From positions 1,180 to 65,179 of IMG/VR virus record IMGVR_UViG_3300025689_000007: a DNA stretch of 64,000 nucleotides. One strand, 5' to 3'. This document shows positions 1 to 9,627 of this stretch, one piece after another. Under the pieces are notes generated by a model. It saw only the letters and a list, made by a program, of their open reading frames with translations. It made no database searches and was not told the origin of the DNA. The DNA is from a virus (taxonomy: Duplodnaviria > Caudoviricetes). Within the stretch, counting starts at the first letter, position 1. Each line of letters starts with the position of its first letter. The position numbers and the translations under genes are program-made.

Positions 1-389
1 GATTGGTAGTCAATCGCACTACTGGATGGCTTATTAACTAAAAACATATATTCACGGTAACAGATATCCTTTATGTCACTATGCTTATTCTGCTCTTTTA
101 TGTATGTTAGAAAAGCATTTTTACAAATTTGTGTGATATAAGCAAAGGCATTTTGTGATTTGTCCTCATCGAAATTTTTGAGATACTTTAAACAAGTCAG
201 AACCGCCTCTGAAATCATATCTTTTTTCCAAGTATAACCGGCAAAACTGCCCTTGGATGAAAAGTTTTCCGCAATGGTAAGTAACATTTTACCAAGTTCT
301 TCAGATGCTCTTCCTTTTGTTTTATAAACCACAATTTCTGCTAATAAATCACTGTTTTTGATGTAATAGTTATCATCCTTTTTTGACAT
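1..389 (-). CDS. gp55: T4-like late sigma factor (3' end runs off the window)
   Basis: Not in the ORF track. Hand translation from ATG 389 (SD GAGGAG): MSKKDDNYYIKNSDLLAEI...KGSFAGYTWKKDMISEAVLTCLKYLKNFDEDKSQNAFAYITQICKNAFLTYIKEQNKH, matching the gp55 pattern NF...KS.N.FAY.TQI..NAF. No stop before base 1. Confidence 0.88.
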   Translation of the reverse strand, partial: MSKKDDNYYIKNSDLLAEIVVYKTKGRASEELGKMLLTIAENFSSKGSFAGYTWKKDMISEAVLTCLKYLKNFDEDKSQNAFAYITQICKNAFLTYIKEQNKHSDIKDICYREYMFLVNKPSSSAIDYQ

Positions 390-457
390 AATCTCCTCAT
401 TATTATGATATGTATTTTACGCTAAAATAGGGACGAAGGAAACCTATATTTGAAAAG

Positions 458-820
458 TTATGATTTATCTTTTTGTTTTGAGAGTTGTTTTTCCAAGTAT
501 GATTGTAGCTGGCTCAAATCGCTTGATATTTCAAGATATTTTCTTCTGATTTTTTCGTTTCTTGTTCGCAGCTTGTCTATTTCATATCCTTCAAGGCAAA
601 AGTCAAATTTCAATTTTCCCCGGTAGTTTTTTTTCAGCTCGTCATTGAGAGAGTTCACTTCATCAATAATACTTTTATTGAGTTTGTATTTCTCTAACAT
701 TTCAGATACTATCTCGCGATTGGCTGCATTAATTTTATCCGTCAATTTGATATTAAGCGCTCGAAATATATTGGTCTTATTGTCAAGACCGGAATGTGAT
801 AAATGTTTTAATAATCTCAT
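458..820 (-). CDS. hypothetical coiled-coil protein
   Basis: 120-aa ORF coupled to the upstream gene by a TAATG overlap at 820; no motif recognised. Confidence 0.6.
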   Translation of the reverse strand: MRLLKHLSHSGLDNKTNIFRALNIKLTDKINAANREIVSEMLEKYKLNKSIIDEVNSLNDELKKNYRGKLKFDFCLEGYEIDKLRTRNEKIRRKYLEISSDLSQLQSYLEKQLSKQKDKS

Positions 821-1431
821 TATCCAACAAGAGTAATATAACTTTCGTTATTATCAATCTTCCAGATTTTTATAGCGTTTGATGTCAGGGCCTCGGCAAT
901 TACCTCAACTGTTTGTTTTGTTGCAACATCCCAGCATTGAACAAGTGGCCATTCATTATTGAAATTATGCACTATATTGACAAAATAGTTACCCCCAAGA
1001 AATGTCCATTCATCAGCTATAACGTGAGTTACCAATATTTTTGATCTCTCGTTCCAGCTTTTCGCAAGTGCGTTGCTCACCGTTTTGTTTTTGGTAACAT
1101 CTGTATCATATTCATCGACCTCTGCCACGGAAAGAGAAATTTCAACATAGTCAACATATCCATCATCAATTACACCGGGCTTTGACCACGCGATTTTGAA
1201 CTTTTGCCCTGTATATCCATACTCTTCCAAGGCATCCGCAATCCAAAACTCAAAATACCCATCAGACCTTGTTGTAACTTGTGGTGTGACATTTGTTGCT
1301 GTTCCACCACTTTCTGCAAGATATACATATGCAGGTGTGGATGAATTTGCCAGATAGACGGAAATCTCCGCTTCGTTTATTGGTTGACCTTCCTCATTCT
1401 GGAGGAAATGCCAAAAGTGTGTTCTTGCCAT
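820..1431 (-). CDS. probable virion structural protein
   Basis: N-terminal beta-rich segment (GQPI..AEISVY...VTT..DGYFEF) and a C-terminal I.HN....PLVQCWD module shared with the gp7-like and fibre proteins. Confidence 0.55.
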   Translation of the reverse strand: MARTHFWHFLQNEEGQPINEAEISVYLANSSTPAYVYLAESGGTATNVTPQVTTRSDGYFEFWIADALEEYGYTGQKFKIAWSKPGVIDDGYVDYVEISLSVAEVDEYDTDVTKNKTVSNALAKSWNERSKILVTHVIADEWTFLGGNYFVNIVHNFNNEWPLVQCWDVATKQTVEVIAEALTSNAIKIWKIDNNESYITLVG

Positions 1432-1442
1432 AATAATACCTC

Positions 1443-3620
1443 TTATTTAATTGTTAATTCTATTCTGTAAAATATTTTCAATTCAACATTAGCCGGTTTG
1501 AAAATAGGACTACAAGCCGTGTACCATACCAAATCATCATACAAGTTATATAAGCCAATTTCGGTGATTGTCAAATCAGTTGATGTTTGTGGCACAGTAG
1601 ATGTAACATAATAATAATTATTATCACCTCTCAATGTCGTCGAATGTGTACTAATTAGGCTTTTCAAAGCCCCATAATACTGTGCATCCCAATGTCTTGT
1701 ATCATCCCCATTACCAATACCGAGATAGGAAATGTCTGCCGCCATTCCATCCATATCGGAAAATGTCTGCCCAATTTCTCTTATAACAGCTGTTCCTGAA
1801 ACAGCCGATGAAAATGTTACCGTGCATCTACTGGTAGTATTTATTTGTATATTTTTAGGAATAATTAATTCATCATTTTCATCATACACTTCGATATGAA
1901 GTCCATATGCATCAAGACCATGTGAAATAACCCAAGTATCTTGCGCACCTGACGGATGATAAACATATGCTGCCTTACCAAGTTCAATACTTCCAGCTTG
2001 AATGGACGAGAAAGTTGCTGTAAGTGTATCATCATCAACTATCGTGACAGATAAAGGCATAAACACATCAAAATTTGTTTCCCTTAATTGAACAATAGGA
2101 TATTTATCTGGTAGTGTATGGTCTATATTCCATGAAGCTGCTGACGGCCCAAGAATTGTTTGTGTGTATTCCGGTATGGCGATAAAACAATGCCCGTTCA
2201 TTGGATTGTTCTCATCCCAATATATCCTGATATGATTGGAAGAAATTGTTTCTATTCTTGCTGGAAAAATTCTCTCATATTGAGGATTATAGCATTGGAC
2301 TATAGGTATTTCAGTTCCCAAATTGTGGTGAATATCCCAAATTGATGATAGAGAACTTCTACTGTAAATTGCGGTTGCACTTATTACACCAACTGCCAAT
2401 GGTTTTGTACATCGTGTGAATAGAAATGCAGAAAATGTCCCACCATAGAGAGATGTTGGAGCGGGCCCGAAATGTGTCAAAGGAGAAATCAGTTGTTGAT
2501 AATGTGATACTCTTGCAACTGGGCGGACTTCTTCCCAATACTCAAGAAGATTGTCCATAATGTTTTTATTGATGATATAATCAGCACCAAGAGGCTCACC
2601 GCTCAAATCTATCTGGACTTTGTAATGTGGAGAAAGAATTTTACCATCAGGCCAAGAATAATCTGTCGGATATCCTCCAGCCCCTGTGGTTTCCAAGCTA
2701 TGATAAAATCCTTCTCCAGCAGGCCCCACCGCCACAGTTCCACCATAAATCGGATTGGCTGTATAGAGATAATCCTCAAAATATAGATAGGGAACATCTT
2801 CTGGATCAATAACTGGATGCCATCTTTCATATATATTCAAGAAATTACTCGTACCGCCTACAATTGCTCTCCAAATAATATTGAGTGCTGTATATGTTCC
2901 CACCCTCTTGAGAAGATAAGGTAAGTTTTCAACCCACGCCCTCTGTGAAGGAATATCACCGAGCAGATTAGGAATGGTCATATTAAACATATTCCCGATA
3001 TAGTACAGATAATCACTATCTGTTTCCTTCGGATCAGAAAGGGTAAGAATATTTTTTAGGCGATTGTAAATTTCTTGATATTGCTGGTCAAAGGAGACCT
3101 GTAGAAATTCTGTAAATCTGTCTGTCCTGTTATTTTCCGGTAGGGCGTCCACCACATAATCTTTCATACCGTAGAAAATAACATTGAAAAAGTTTTCACT
3201 TGTATCTGGGAAAATTTTTCCAAAATAAAGATATACCTTGTTTGTATTGACAAAATTTTTCCAATCTGAATTGTTATTTACAAAATCGTGAAACTGACAA
3301 TCTTTCCTGAAATAAACTTCTGAACCCGCATATGTATTCAATAAATCCGTCCAAGTAACATCTGATGTCCTGTAATTATCATATGGCCCGAAAAACTTGA
3401 AAACATTATCCGTGGGTGTATCATCAACAGGAACACCTTTTATTCTCAAATATCCTGCCTCGGTCTTTATAAACAAATCAACACCATAACCAAGTTTAGC
3501 AACCATTCCGGAACTTGGCCCCCTCAAGTGAGCCCGCTTTGGATATGCTGTTCCATAGGGATCAATATTCTGGATAAAATCTTCAACTATAAAATAAGGA
3601 GAATCGCAAAATTTAGCCAT
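1443..3620 (-). CDS. baseplate wedge protein, gp7-like
   Basis: Directly follows gp6 (TAATG overlap at 3620, so the start is probably MAKFCDSP). Phage tail P2-I-like segment (DPKETDSDYLYYIG...LPYLLKRVGT) and repeated W.I.H.L modules. Confidence 0.55.
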   Translation of the reverse strand: MAKFCDSPYFIVEDFIQNIDPYGTAYPKRAHLRGPSSGMVAKLGYGVDLFIKTEAGYLRIKGVPVDDTPTDNVFKFFGPYDNYRTSDVTWTDLLNTYAGSEVYFRKDCQFHDFVNNNSDWKNFVNTNKVYLYFGKIFPDTSENFFNVIFYGMKDYVVDALPENNRTDRFTEFLQVSFDQQYQEIYNRLKNILTLSDPKETDSDYLYYIGNMFNMTIPNLLGDIPSQRAWVENLPYLLKRVGTYTALNIIWRAIVGGTSNFLNIYERWHPVIDPEDVPYLYFEDYLYTANPIYGGTVAVGPAGEGFYHSLETTGAGGYPTDYSWPDGKILSPHYKVQIDLSGEPLGADYIINKNIMDNLLEYWEEVRPVARVSHYQQLISPLTHFGPAPTSLYGGTFSAFLFTRCTKPLAVGVISATAIYSRSSLSSIWDIHHNLGTEIPIVQCYNPQYERIFPARIETISSNHIRIYWDENNPMNGHCFIAIPEYTQTILGPSAASWNIDHTLPDKYPIVQLRETNFDVFMPLSVTIVDDDTLTATFSSIQAGSIELGKAAYVYHPSGAQDTWVISHGLDAYGLHIEVYDENDELIIPKNIQINTTSRCTVTFSSAVSGTAVIREIGQTFSDMDGMAADISYLGIGNGDDTRHWDAQYYGALKSLISTHSTTLRGDNNYYYVTSTVPQTSTDLTITEIGLYNLYDDLVWYTACSPIFKPANVELKIFYRIELTIK

Positions 3621-5329
3621 TATGTTTCCTCTGAAAATTCGCAATTGGTCATATAAATTGCTGGAAATTGATTGTTCCCAAGTTTTATCTTTCTTAGTTG
3701 GTTCTCGCCTGGATATGTTGATGCTGCTTCTACATATTGAGGATAGTTACCGCTACTATTTGGTTCGTATACAGTATAACTTTCACAATCAATATTTCTT
3801 ATAATCAAATTCTGTATTCCTTTCACTTGAGACCAAGTTTCTCCCGTGGTGGATGATTCTGTTGAATCCATAATATAGTTTACAATATCAATGTGAGAAA
3901 TTGTTTCTGCAAATGAACGGTTTGCGGCATTGAAGTAGTATTCAAGTTTATCTCTCACATCATTCATTACATCTGTATAAACATATGTTCTTTTTATCTT
4001 AATACCTATATCAAATGAAAAATATACAAGATCAGGTAAATCAAACTGCTCATAGGTTGTAAGTATTTTTCTTGGTTCAAGATATGTAGATAGCGTTTCC
4101 ATCCAAGATGATGAGTATGCTAATGGAACAATGATTTCATCTTCTGCTCCACTTGTTGAATATGATATAGTCGAATCTCCCCACTCATTAGGTATCAGAG
4201 CGATGTGGACTTTGTTATATTCCTGAATGCTTCCTGACGGAGCAATCTCCTGTTCACCCCAAATGTGCGCTGCAATAATATCAGACCTTGCCTCAAGATG
4301 TGATCTATAATCTGCCGCTGTAACATTCCTGTACTGTGAGTGAATAGCCCCAGTTGATGCGTCCTTGATTTCTGCTATGGTATCAGGAGCAGATGAACCT
4401 ATAGTGGCGGTTAAATTTGTCACAGTATATTCTGCAATTGGAATTGTATCTCCAGTTGTTCTGTTTACCAGAAATGTCGTTTCTGGAGATGTAATTGTAT
4501 TTGCACCGGCCGCCCCGTCAGCTCCGGCAGTTTTCAAGAGATAAACAACTATATCATCTGTAAGCTCGGGAACAGTTCTATTATTGGAAAATTCTATCAG
4601 ATACTTTTCATACTTGTCAAATCTCAACATATAAACTGTATCAACCGTTGATAATGGTGATAACTCATCATAAAAATCAGAAACCCTTGTCCAGACTTCA
4701 TCATTTACTTGAACTTCTACTGAAGGATGTTCTGTTTCATCAATATCATCATCATAATCATAATTTTCAAATGGAAGATAAAGAATGTTATCAATCAAAT
4801 CTTCTCCTCTATATGTGTATGTTCTTACAATTCCCTGTCTTATCGGAACTGTTTCTGTGAGTGTATATGGAAAGGTTGCAGTTGTAGGAATTGTATAAGT
4901 AAAATCGGTGATAGTTGAAAATCTCAAAATATCTCCATTCTCATCTGTAAGATCCGGCGCATCAACTTGTTTCCATCTCTGAATATGGATTTCATCGCCG
5001 GGAGAAATACTTGCACTTGTAAGAATTGTAATTGTTAAATCTGTCTGTGCTGACCTATATCCCTGTGGGTTATATCCTCTCAACCTTGATAGCATATGAA
5101 CTGTTTCATACAAGTCGGCTGTGTCTATATATTGATTTTTTGCAACCTTATTTGTATAATAAGTTGTAAGCGCCCCAAGATATGCAATCAGTTCTATAAG
5201 AAGAGTGATATTACTTCCCTCATAATTATAATCAGCAAAGGTAGTTGTGTTTGCAAGTAAATCTGCTATCCTTGCTTTTATAGTGGGAAAATCCATATTT
5301 AGATAATCTGGAATTAATGTATTTGCCAT
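3620..5329 (-). CDS. gp6: baseplate wedge subunit
   Basis: DFPTIK...F.DYNYEGSNI..LI.L.AY, R..GY.P, IRQG, and D.I.EIK...Y..Q.R.VTA.DY are typical gp6 motifs. Confidence 0.9.
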   Translation of the reverse strand: MANTLIPDYLNMDFPTIKARIADLLANTTTFADYNYEGSNITLLIELIAYLGALTTYYTNKVAKNQYIDTADLYETVHMLSRLRGYNPQGYRSAQTDLTITILTSASISPGDEIHIQRWKQVDAPDLTDENGDILRFSTITDFTYTIPTTATFPYTLTETVPIRQGIVRTYTYRGEDLIDNILYLPFENYDYDDDIDETEHPSVEVQVNDEVWTRVSDFYDELSPLSTVDTVYMLRFDKYEKYLIEFSNNRTVPELTDDIVVYLLKTAGADGAAGANTITSPETTFLVNRTTGDTIPIAEYTVTNLTATIGSSAPDTIAEIKDASTGAIHSQYRNVTAADYRSHLEARSDIIAAHIWGEQEIAPSGSIQEYNKVHIALIPNEWGDSTISYSTSGAEDEIIVPLAYSSSWMETLSTYLEPRKILTTYEQFDLPDLVYFSFDIGIKIKRTYVYTDVMNDVRDKLEYYFNAANRSFAETISHIDIVNYIMDSTESSTTGETWSQVKGIQNLIIRNIDCESYTVYEPNSSGNYPQYVEAASTYPGENQLRKIKLGNNQFPAIYMTNCEFSEET

Positions 5330-5331
5330 AA

Positions 5332-5739
5332 TTATGTCCTCTTCAAAACAAAAATTACTTTGTCAACATTTCGATAATTTGTTCCTTGTATCGAATATGT
5401 TACTGTTATATTATACTGTGAATTATCATAATCCGCTTCCACATTGATGTTTATTATTTCAATGCGGGAATCCCAGCTGGATATTTCCTGTAATATTGTA
5501 TTGCCAATCTCTCTAGCAGTTATCTCATCTATCGGTTCAAATAAATATCTTTCAAGCTGTGCGCCAAATGTTGGCAACATTCTCCTGCTTCCCTTTCTCG
5601 TCTGTAGAATATTTCGAAGGGAATTTTTAACAGCATCATATTCAGTAACCCTTTTAACATCCCCATCTGCCTGGCGGGGCATCTCAATATCAAAATCTGA
5701 ATAGATATCTTTAATTGTATATGTAAACTTTCCTGGCAT
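5332..5739 (-). CDS. gp25: baseplate wedge subunit, gp25/GPW family
   Basis: YSDFD...AVKNSLRNILQT.KG.R...PTFG..L...LFEP...I..W.PR-like motif; upstream of gp6. Confidence 0.9.
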   Translation of the reverse strand: MPGKFTYTIKDIYSDFDIEMPRQADGDVKRVTEYDAVKNSLRNILQTRKGSRRMLPTFGAQLERYLFEPIDEITAREIGNTILQEISSWDSRIEIININVEADYDNSQYNITVTYSIQGTNYRNVDKVIFVLKRT

Positions 5740-5744
5740 TGATC

Positions 5745-6038
5745 TTATTCACAATCAACATTAGGCGATCCTGCAACTATAGTTCCACTATATGTTCCAG
5801 AAAAAGAATCACCTATTCTTGCGATTGCCCTCCCATTGGCATTTGTGTTTAGTGCTCCTGAAACTATCGTTCCAATATGACCACAATTGGCTCTTACTTT
5901 ATCACCTACTCTTGCCACACCTATACCATTTGCATTTACATTTGGCGAACATTCTATAATAACACCATCTTGATAACCGTGTATGCCTGATGAACAATAT
6001 CCTGTAACTGCATCTCCCAATCTACTTACTTTAGCCAT
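5745..6038 (-). CDS. PAAR-type spike tip protein (gp5.4-like)
   Basis: Three R.GD repeats (SRLGD, ARVGD, ARIGD), C/H ligands and a terminal GSPNV; directly after gp5. Confidence 0.85.
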   Translation of the reverse strand: MAKVSRLGDAVTGYCSSGIHGYQDGVIIECSPNVNANGIGVARVGDKVRANCGHIGTIVSGALNTNANGRAIARIGDSFSGTYSGTIVAGSPNVDCE

Positions 6039-6039
6039 A

Positions 6040-6831
6040 TCAATTCAAATTTATCGGATTTCCTGTAATATCACAGGAACCTGTAACATTTATTGTACAA
6101 TTCCCACTTACTGTAATCTGAAGATTTCCACCAACTGTTGTCTGCTGGTCTGATTGAAATCCTTCTGTCACATTTCCAGAAACGGTTTCATTCTTATTAC
6201 CATTTATATTTATGGTTTCATTTTCCGCAATAGTCTTGCTTCTATTTTTTACACCGTTGATTTCTATATTTCCCTCATTATCTATGATGATATATGTACC
6301 GGCAGAATGATATACTCTAATTCTTTTTGCATTTGGTGTCGAATCAACCTCTATAACATGACCACCGTGAACATGGAAAACAACATTATGTGGGTATATT
6401 CCCAATCCCTTATCAAAGTCAGGCCCCGTTTTATCGGGATATGTTCCCGATGGATCAACAAATCCATGAAGAGTGTCAGTTGGTGGTGATGACGATCCGC
6501 CAGGTAATGTAGCAAAATATATTGGTCGAAGAATATTTCCATTTTCGAAAAATACAAGAACATGAGAACCCTGAAGTGGAACGCCCCACACTCCATAATT
6601 CGAAATAGAGCCTTCAATTAATCCATATGCCGGTTCCGCCCAGAGTAGTTCATCTGTAGGAATACCTTCCAAGGCGGTTTTTGTTTTTTGTGGAGTATGA
6701 ATACCAAATATTCTCACTCTTACTCTTCCTGCTTCCAGAGGATCAACATTATCCTCAACAACCCCGCGATAAATCCCTAATAATTTATCTCTGGGTAGAG
6801 TCATATCTGTAAATTCATTTTTTATCATCAT
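6040..6831 (-). CDS. gp5: baseplate central spike (OB-fold plus beta-helix, no lysozyme domain)
   Basis: YRGVVEDNVDP...GRVRVRIFGIH...LLWA, G..V.VFFENG....P, H..E.D.TP...RI..YH..GT, then 8-residue beta-helix repeats. Confidence 0.88.
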   Translation of the reverse strand: MMIKNEFTDMTLPRDKLLGIYRGVVEDNVDPLEAGRVRVRIFGIHTPQKTKTALEGIPTDELLWAEPAYGLIEGSISNYGVWGVPLQGSHVLVFFENGNILRPIYFATLPGGSSSPPTDTLHGFVDPSGTYPDKTGPDFDKGLGIYPHNVVFHVHGGHVIEVDSTPNAKRIRVYHSAGTYIIIDNEGNIEINGVKNRSKTIAENETININGNKNETVSGNVTEGFQSDQQTTVGGNLQITVSGNCTINVTGSCDITGNPINLN

Positions 6832-8099
6832 CTTACATTACCCAATTTTTGTGTTTTTACTTCAAGATTTATTTTTGTAGCACTATATAAGTCTTTTATT
6901 ATAGAATCTGTATATGCCGTTTTCAATAAAACAAGAAGTTGTTTATAGAAAGGCATTGTCCTTCCGCTAAATTGATGAGTGACAGATTTTACAAGATACT
7001 TTCCTTCAAATGATTTATTAGTAATATATTCTTTTGCAGTACTTGGCCATATGATATCCACAATCATTCCGGCGTATCTTCTCTCATGCCCTACTACTGT
7101 CATTAAAACTTCATGTTCCTTGATGTATCTCTTGAATGAATCACTATATGCCATATTTTCCAAAAAAGCAATATCACTATCGCCTTCAAGATCAAATCTT
7201 GCCGATGTATCACTAATATTCCAAAAAAAACTTTTCTTTCCAAATAATGTAAATTTTTTAATCATATTTTCGTATGTATAAGGTTGATCAACGAAGCTTT
7301 TAGTGACAAAATCATATCCAAGTTTGTGGCCTCCTTTTATACCTGTCATTGATTGATAGTCAATTCCACTTATTGTAAATCCAAGTATTTTATTTAAACT
7401 CTGATCTGCCCCAGTAGAGAAATAATATCTTTGCGGGGTTCCATCAAAACCCTTTTCCAATTCGGTCTGTTTCAATAATTTTTCCAATGTTACAAAATTT
7501 AATCCCCTCGAATTATTATAAAATAGATAGCCTGGCGCCAGAGATTCCAAACTACTTGCTCTTCTTGAAAGCCATTTTATAGCTTCCATAGGCGTCCAGT
7601 ATGGCATATAAAAATTAGGTATGATTTCTTTTGTCTCCTCAAAATTTACATATGGCCGAGTACAAAGTAACATAAAATCTGAAATATGTTTTATAATATC
7701 AGAAATTTTCTTATTAGTGAAAGACAAGCTATATCTTCTTTGCGTAAGAGTTGTAAACAGTGGTTCAACAAAATACATTTCCACTTGATTCAAATCATAC
7801 CCCTCAAATTGCCCAATTGGAGAAATTTGATTTATAGAATAAACCATGAATATTTGTGTTCTATCATCATCCAACCCATATGATAAATAAATTGGTTCGT
7901 GGCCCACAATAGGTAAAAGTTCAAGACCACCAACTTTATCAAGAAAAACTAACTTACCAACCATGCTTGCAGAAAAAATATCTTCAATAAAAGTAAACTC
8001 TATAATATCTCGCGCATCAATAAACGCAAAGCCCCTTTTAGTTCCAATAGCAACAGTAAAATCCCCTCTACCAACGGGTTTTTGAGATGTATCTATCAT
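6828..8099 (-). CDS. baseplate hub protein, gp27-like
   Basis: EDIFS..M.G.L...D, P.W.P.EAI.WL, YLFY....G.NFVTLE.L, and SFEGKYLV.SVTH.F; lies between gp53 and gp5. Confidence 0.65.
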   Translation of the reverse strand: MIDTSQKPVGRGDFTVAIGTKRGFAFIDARDIIEFTFIEDIFSASMVGKLVFLDKVGGLELLPIVGHEPIYLSYGLDDDRTQIFMVYSINQISPIGQFEGYDLNQVEMYFVEPLFTTLTQRRYSLSFTNKKISDIIKHISDFMLLCTRPYVNFEETKEIIPNFYMPYWTPMEAIKWLSRRASSLESLAPGYLFYNNSRGLNFVTLEKLLKQTELEKGFDGTPQRYYFSTGADQSLNKILGFTISGIDYQSMTGIKGGHKLGYDFVTKSFVDQPYTYENMIKKFTLFGKKSFFWNISDTSARFDLEGDSDIAFLENMAYSDSFKRYIKEHEVLMTVVGHERRYAGMIVDIIWPSTAKEYITNKSFEGKYLVKSVTHQFSGRTMPFYKQLLVLLKTAYTDSIIKDLYSATKINLEVKTQKLGNVR

Positions 8100-8476
8100 A
8101 GTTCTCCAATATCTCTAATTTCACGCAAAAGAATTGGTATTACACTTGGAACAAGAACTTGTATATCATTTTCTTTGTCCAGTTCTTCAAATGGATTTAT
8201 AACTTTATTTGCCAAGGGTGTAACCCACCATAAACCAACTGAATTATAAAAACCATTGGAAATTAATTCCCACCAATCTTCTTCTTGAACCTCATAAACA
8301 GAATAGTACATAACATCTCTAAAGAGAGATTCATTTATTTCATATGATCGAAAAATATTTAGGAACAATGTTCCATCTTCTTCCTTCATAATATTGAAAA
8401 GTTTGATATAAGAAACATTTAATAATGTATGACCGGTTAAATCTTCAAATGATTCTGTGACTTTTATTGATGCCAT
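8096..8476 (-). CDS. gp53: baseplate wedge subunit, gp53-like
   Basis: Y.V.E.D.WE.IS..FY....LWW.....N...NPF LysM-like pattern. Confidence 0.75.
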   Translation of the reverse strand: MASIKVTESFEDLTGHTLLNVSYIKLFNIMKEEDGTLFLNIFRSYEINESLFRDVMYYSVYEVQEEDWWELISNGFYNSVGLWWVTPLANKVINPFEELDKENDIQVLVPSVIPILLREIRDIGEL

Positions 8477-8494
8477 GAATTAAAACACCTCCGC

Positions 8495-9616
8495 TTAGGA
8501 TGCTCTGCTTAATCCCTCCATTTGAGGTCCGATCTGAACTTTTGATGTTTTCGTTCCAACTGTTACCAAACCTTTATCATGGAAAGTGCTATCCCATAAT
8601 GGAGGTATTTCTACAAATGAAAGATGTAATTCACAATATGAAGGATATCCTCCTATATATGGACCCTTCCAAGTTGGTTCAACAAGTGTTAATGCTGCAT
8701 AATCTATTTTTAAAAAATCTATGGGATATGTCTCTAATGTAAAATAAAATGGAAAATCTATATCTGCTAAATCATTTACCCCTCCTGATTTTAGTTTGGA
8801 TGGAGATGATAAATATTGCAGAATCCTTACAGGATAAATGATTTCATTATATAAAGGTGTACCAACATCCGCAAGATGAAAAACAAAATCGTATTTTCTT
8901 CTTTCAGAATTTTTATAAACCAGCGCGGTATCAACTCTTGTTTTCGCAACTTCGGCTTGAGATGCGGCTATGAGAGCTTGTCTGACAAGCTCTGGAAAAC
9001 TATCGCCGGCTTTATTAAATGCATTAGCAATTGCCCCAATAAATGCTTTACCGGCTCCATATAAGTGAAATTTTGAAGCCTCCTCAGCCGTTTCAATACC
9101 TGTCCCCTTTAGCTGTTGTTTAAGGTTTCGAAGTTCTGTTCCCATTCGTGATACCCATGCGGTTTTTTCAGCAATACTTGCAGCTAAGGATTCATATGGG
9201 CCCCAATCATGAGCAATTATTTCCTGTAATTCGTTAGGCGCAAGAAAATAAAATGTAAATCTTTTATTTCGGGGAATAAGTGTTTTATCTGCCCTGCCCC
9301 ATGCTGCCATACTATGAATACCACGTGCAGATATTTTTAACCAAAGACTATTTGTATCATTAGTATGTAATGATGAAGGGCACCATATTGCCGGAACATC
9401 GTCTGTGATTTCCTCTGATGGTGCTGTTTTTGCACCGGCATCACGCTGGGCTTCTATTTTCTTTCTTATTCTCTGCTTGGCCGGTGTATTATCCTTTTTA
9501 CTGCTCTGTGTAATACTTTTTTTTGTGTGAGAATATTCCCTAACTGCAGCACCAGATTCTTCCCAGCCAGGTAAGCCGGGCTCATTTAATTGTTTATTTT
9601 TATAAGCTCCCGCCAT
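8495..9616 (-). CDS. baseplate-tail tube junction protein, gp48-like
   Basis: C-terminal tube-fold motifs (RKYDFVFHL, ALTLVEPTW, ELHLSFVEI). Start reassigned to MAGAYK at 9616 (SD AAGGAG). Confidence 0.55.
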   Translation of the reverse strand: MAGAYKNKQLNEPGLPGWEESGAAVREYSHTKKSITQSSKKDNTPAKQRIRKKIEAQRDAGAKTAPSEEITDDVPAIWCPSSLHTNDTNSLWLKISARGIHSMAAWGRADKTLIPRNKRFTFYFLAPNELQEIIAHDWGPYESLAASIAEKTAWVSRMGTELRNLKQQLKGTGIETAEEASKFHLYGAGKAFIGAIANAFNKAGDSFPELVRQALIAASQAEVAKTRVDTALVYKNSERRKYDFVFHLADVGTPLYNEIIYPVRILQYLSSPSKLKSGGVNDLADIDFPFYFTLETYPIDFLKIDYAALTLVEPTWKGPYIGGYPSYCELHLSFVEIPPLWDSTFHDKGLVTVGTKTSKVQIGPQMEGLSRAS

Positions 9617-9627
9617 TTTGTTTCTCC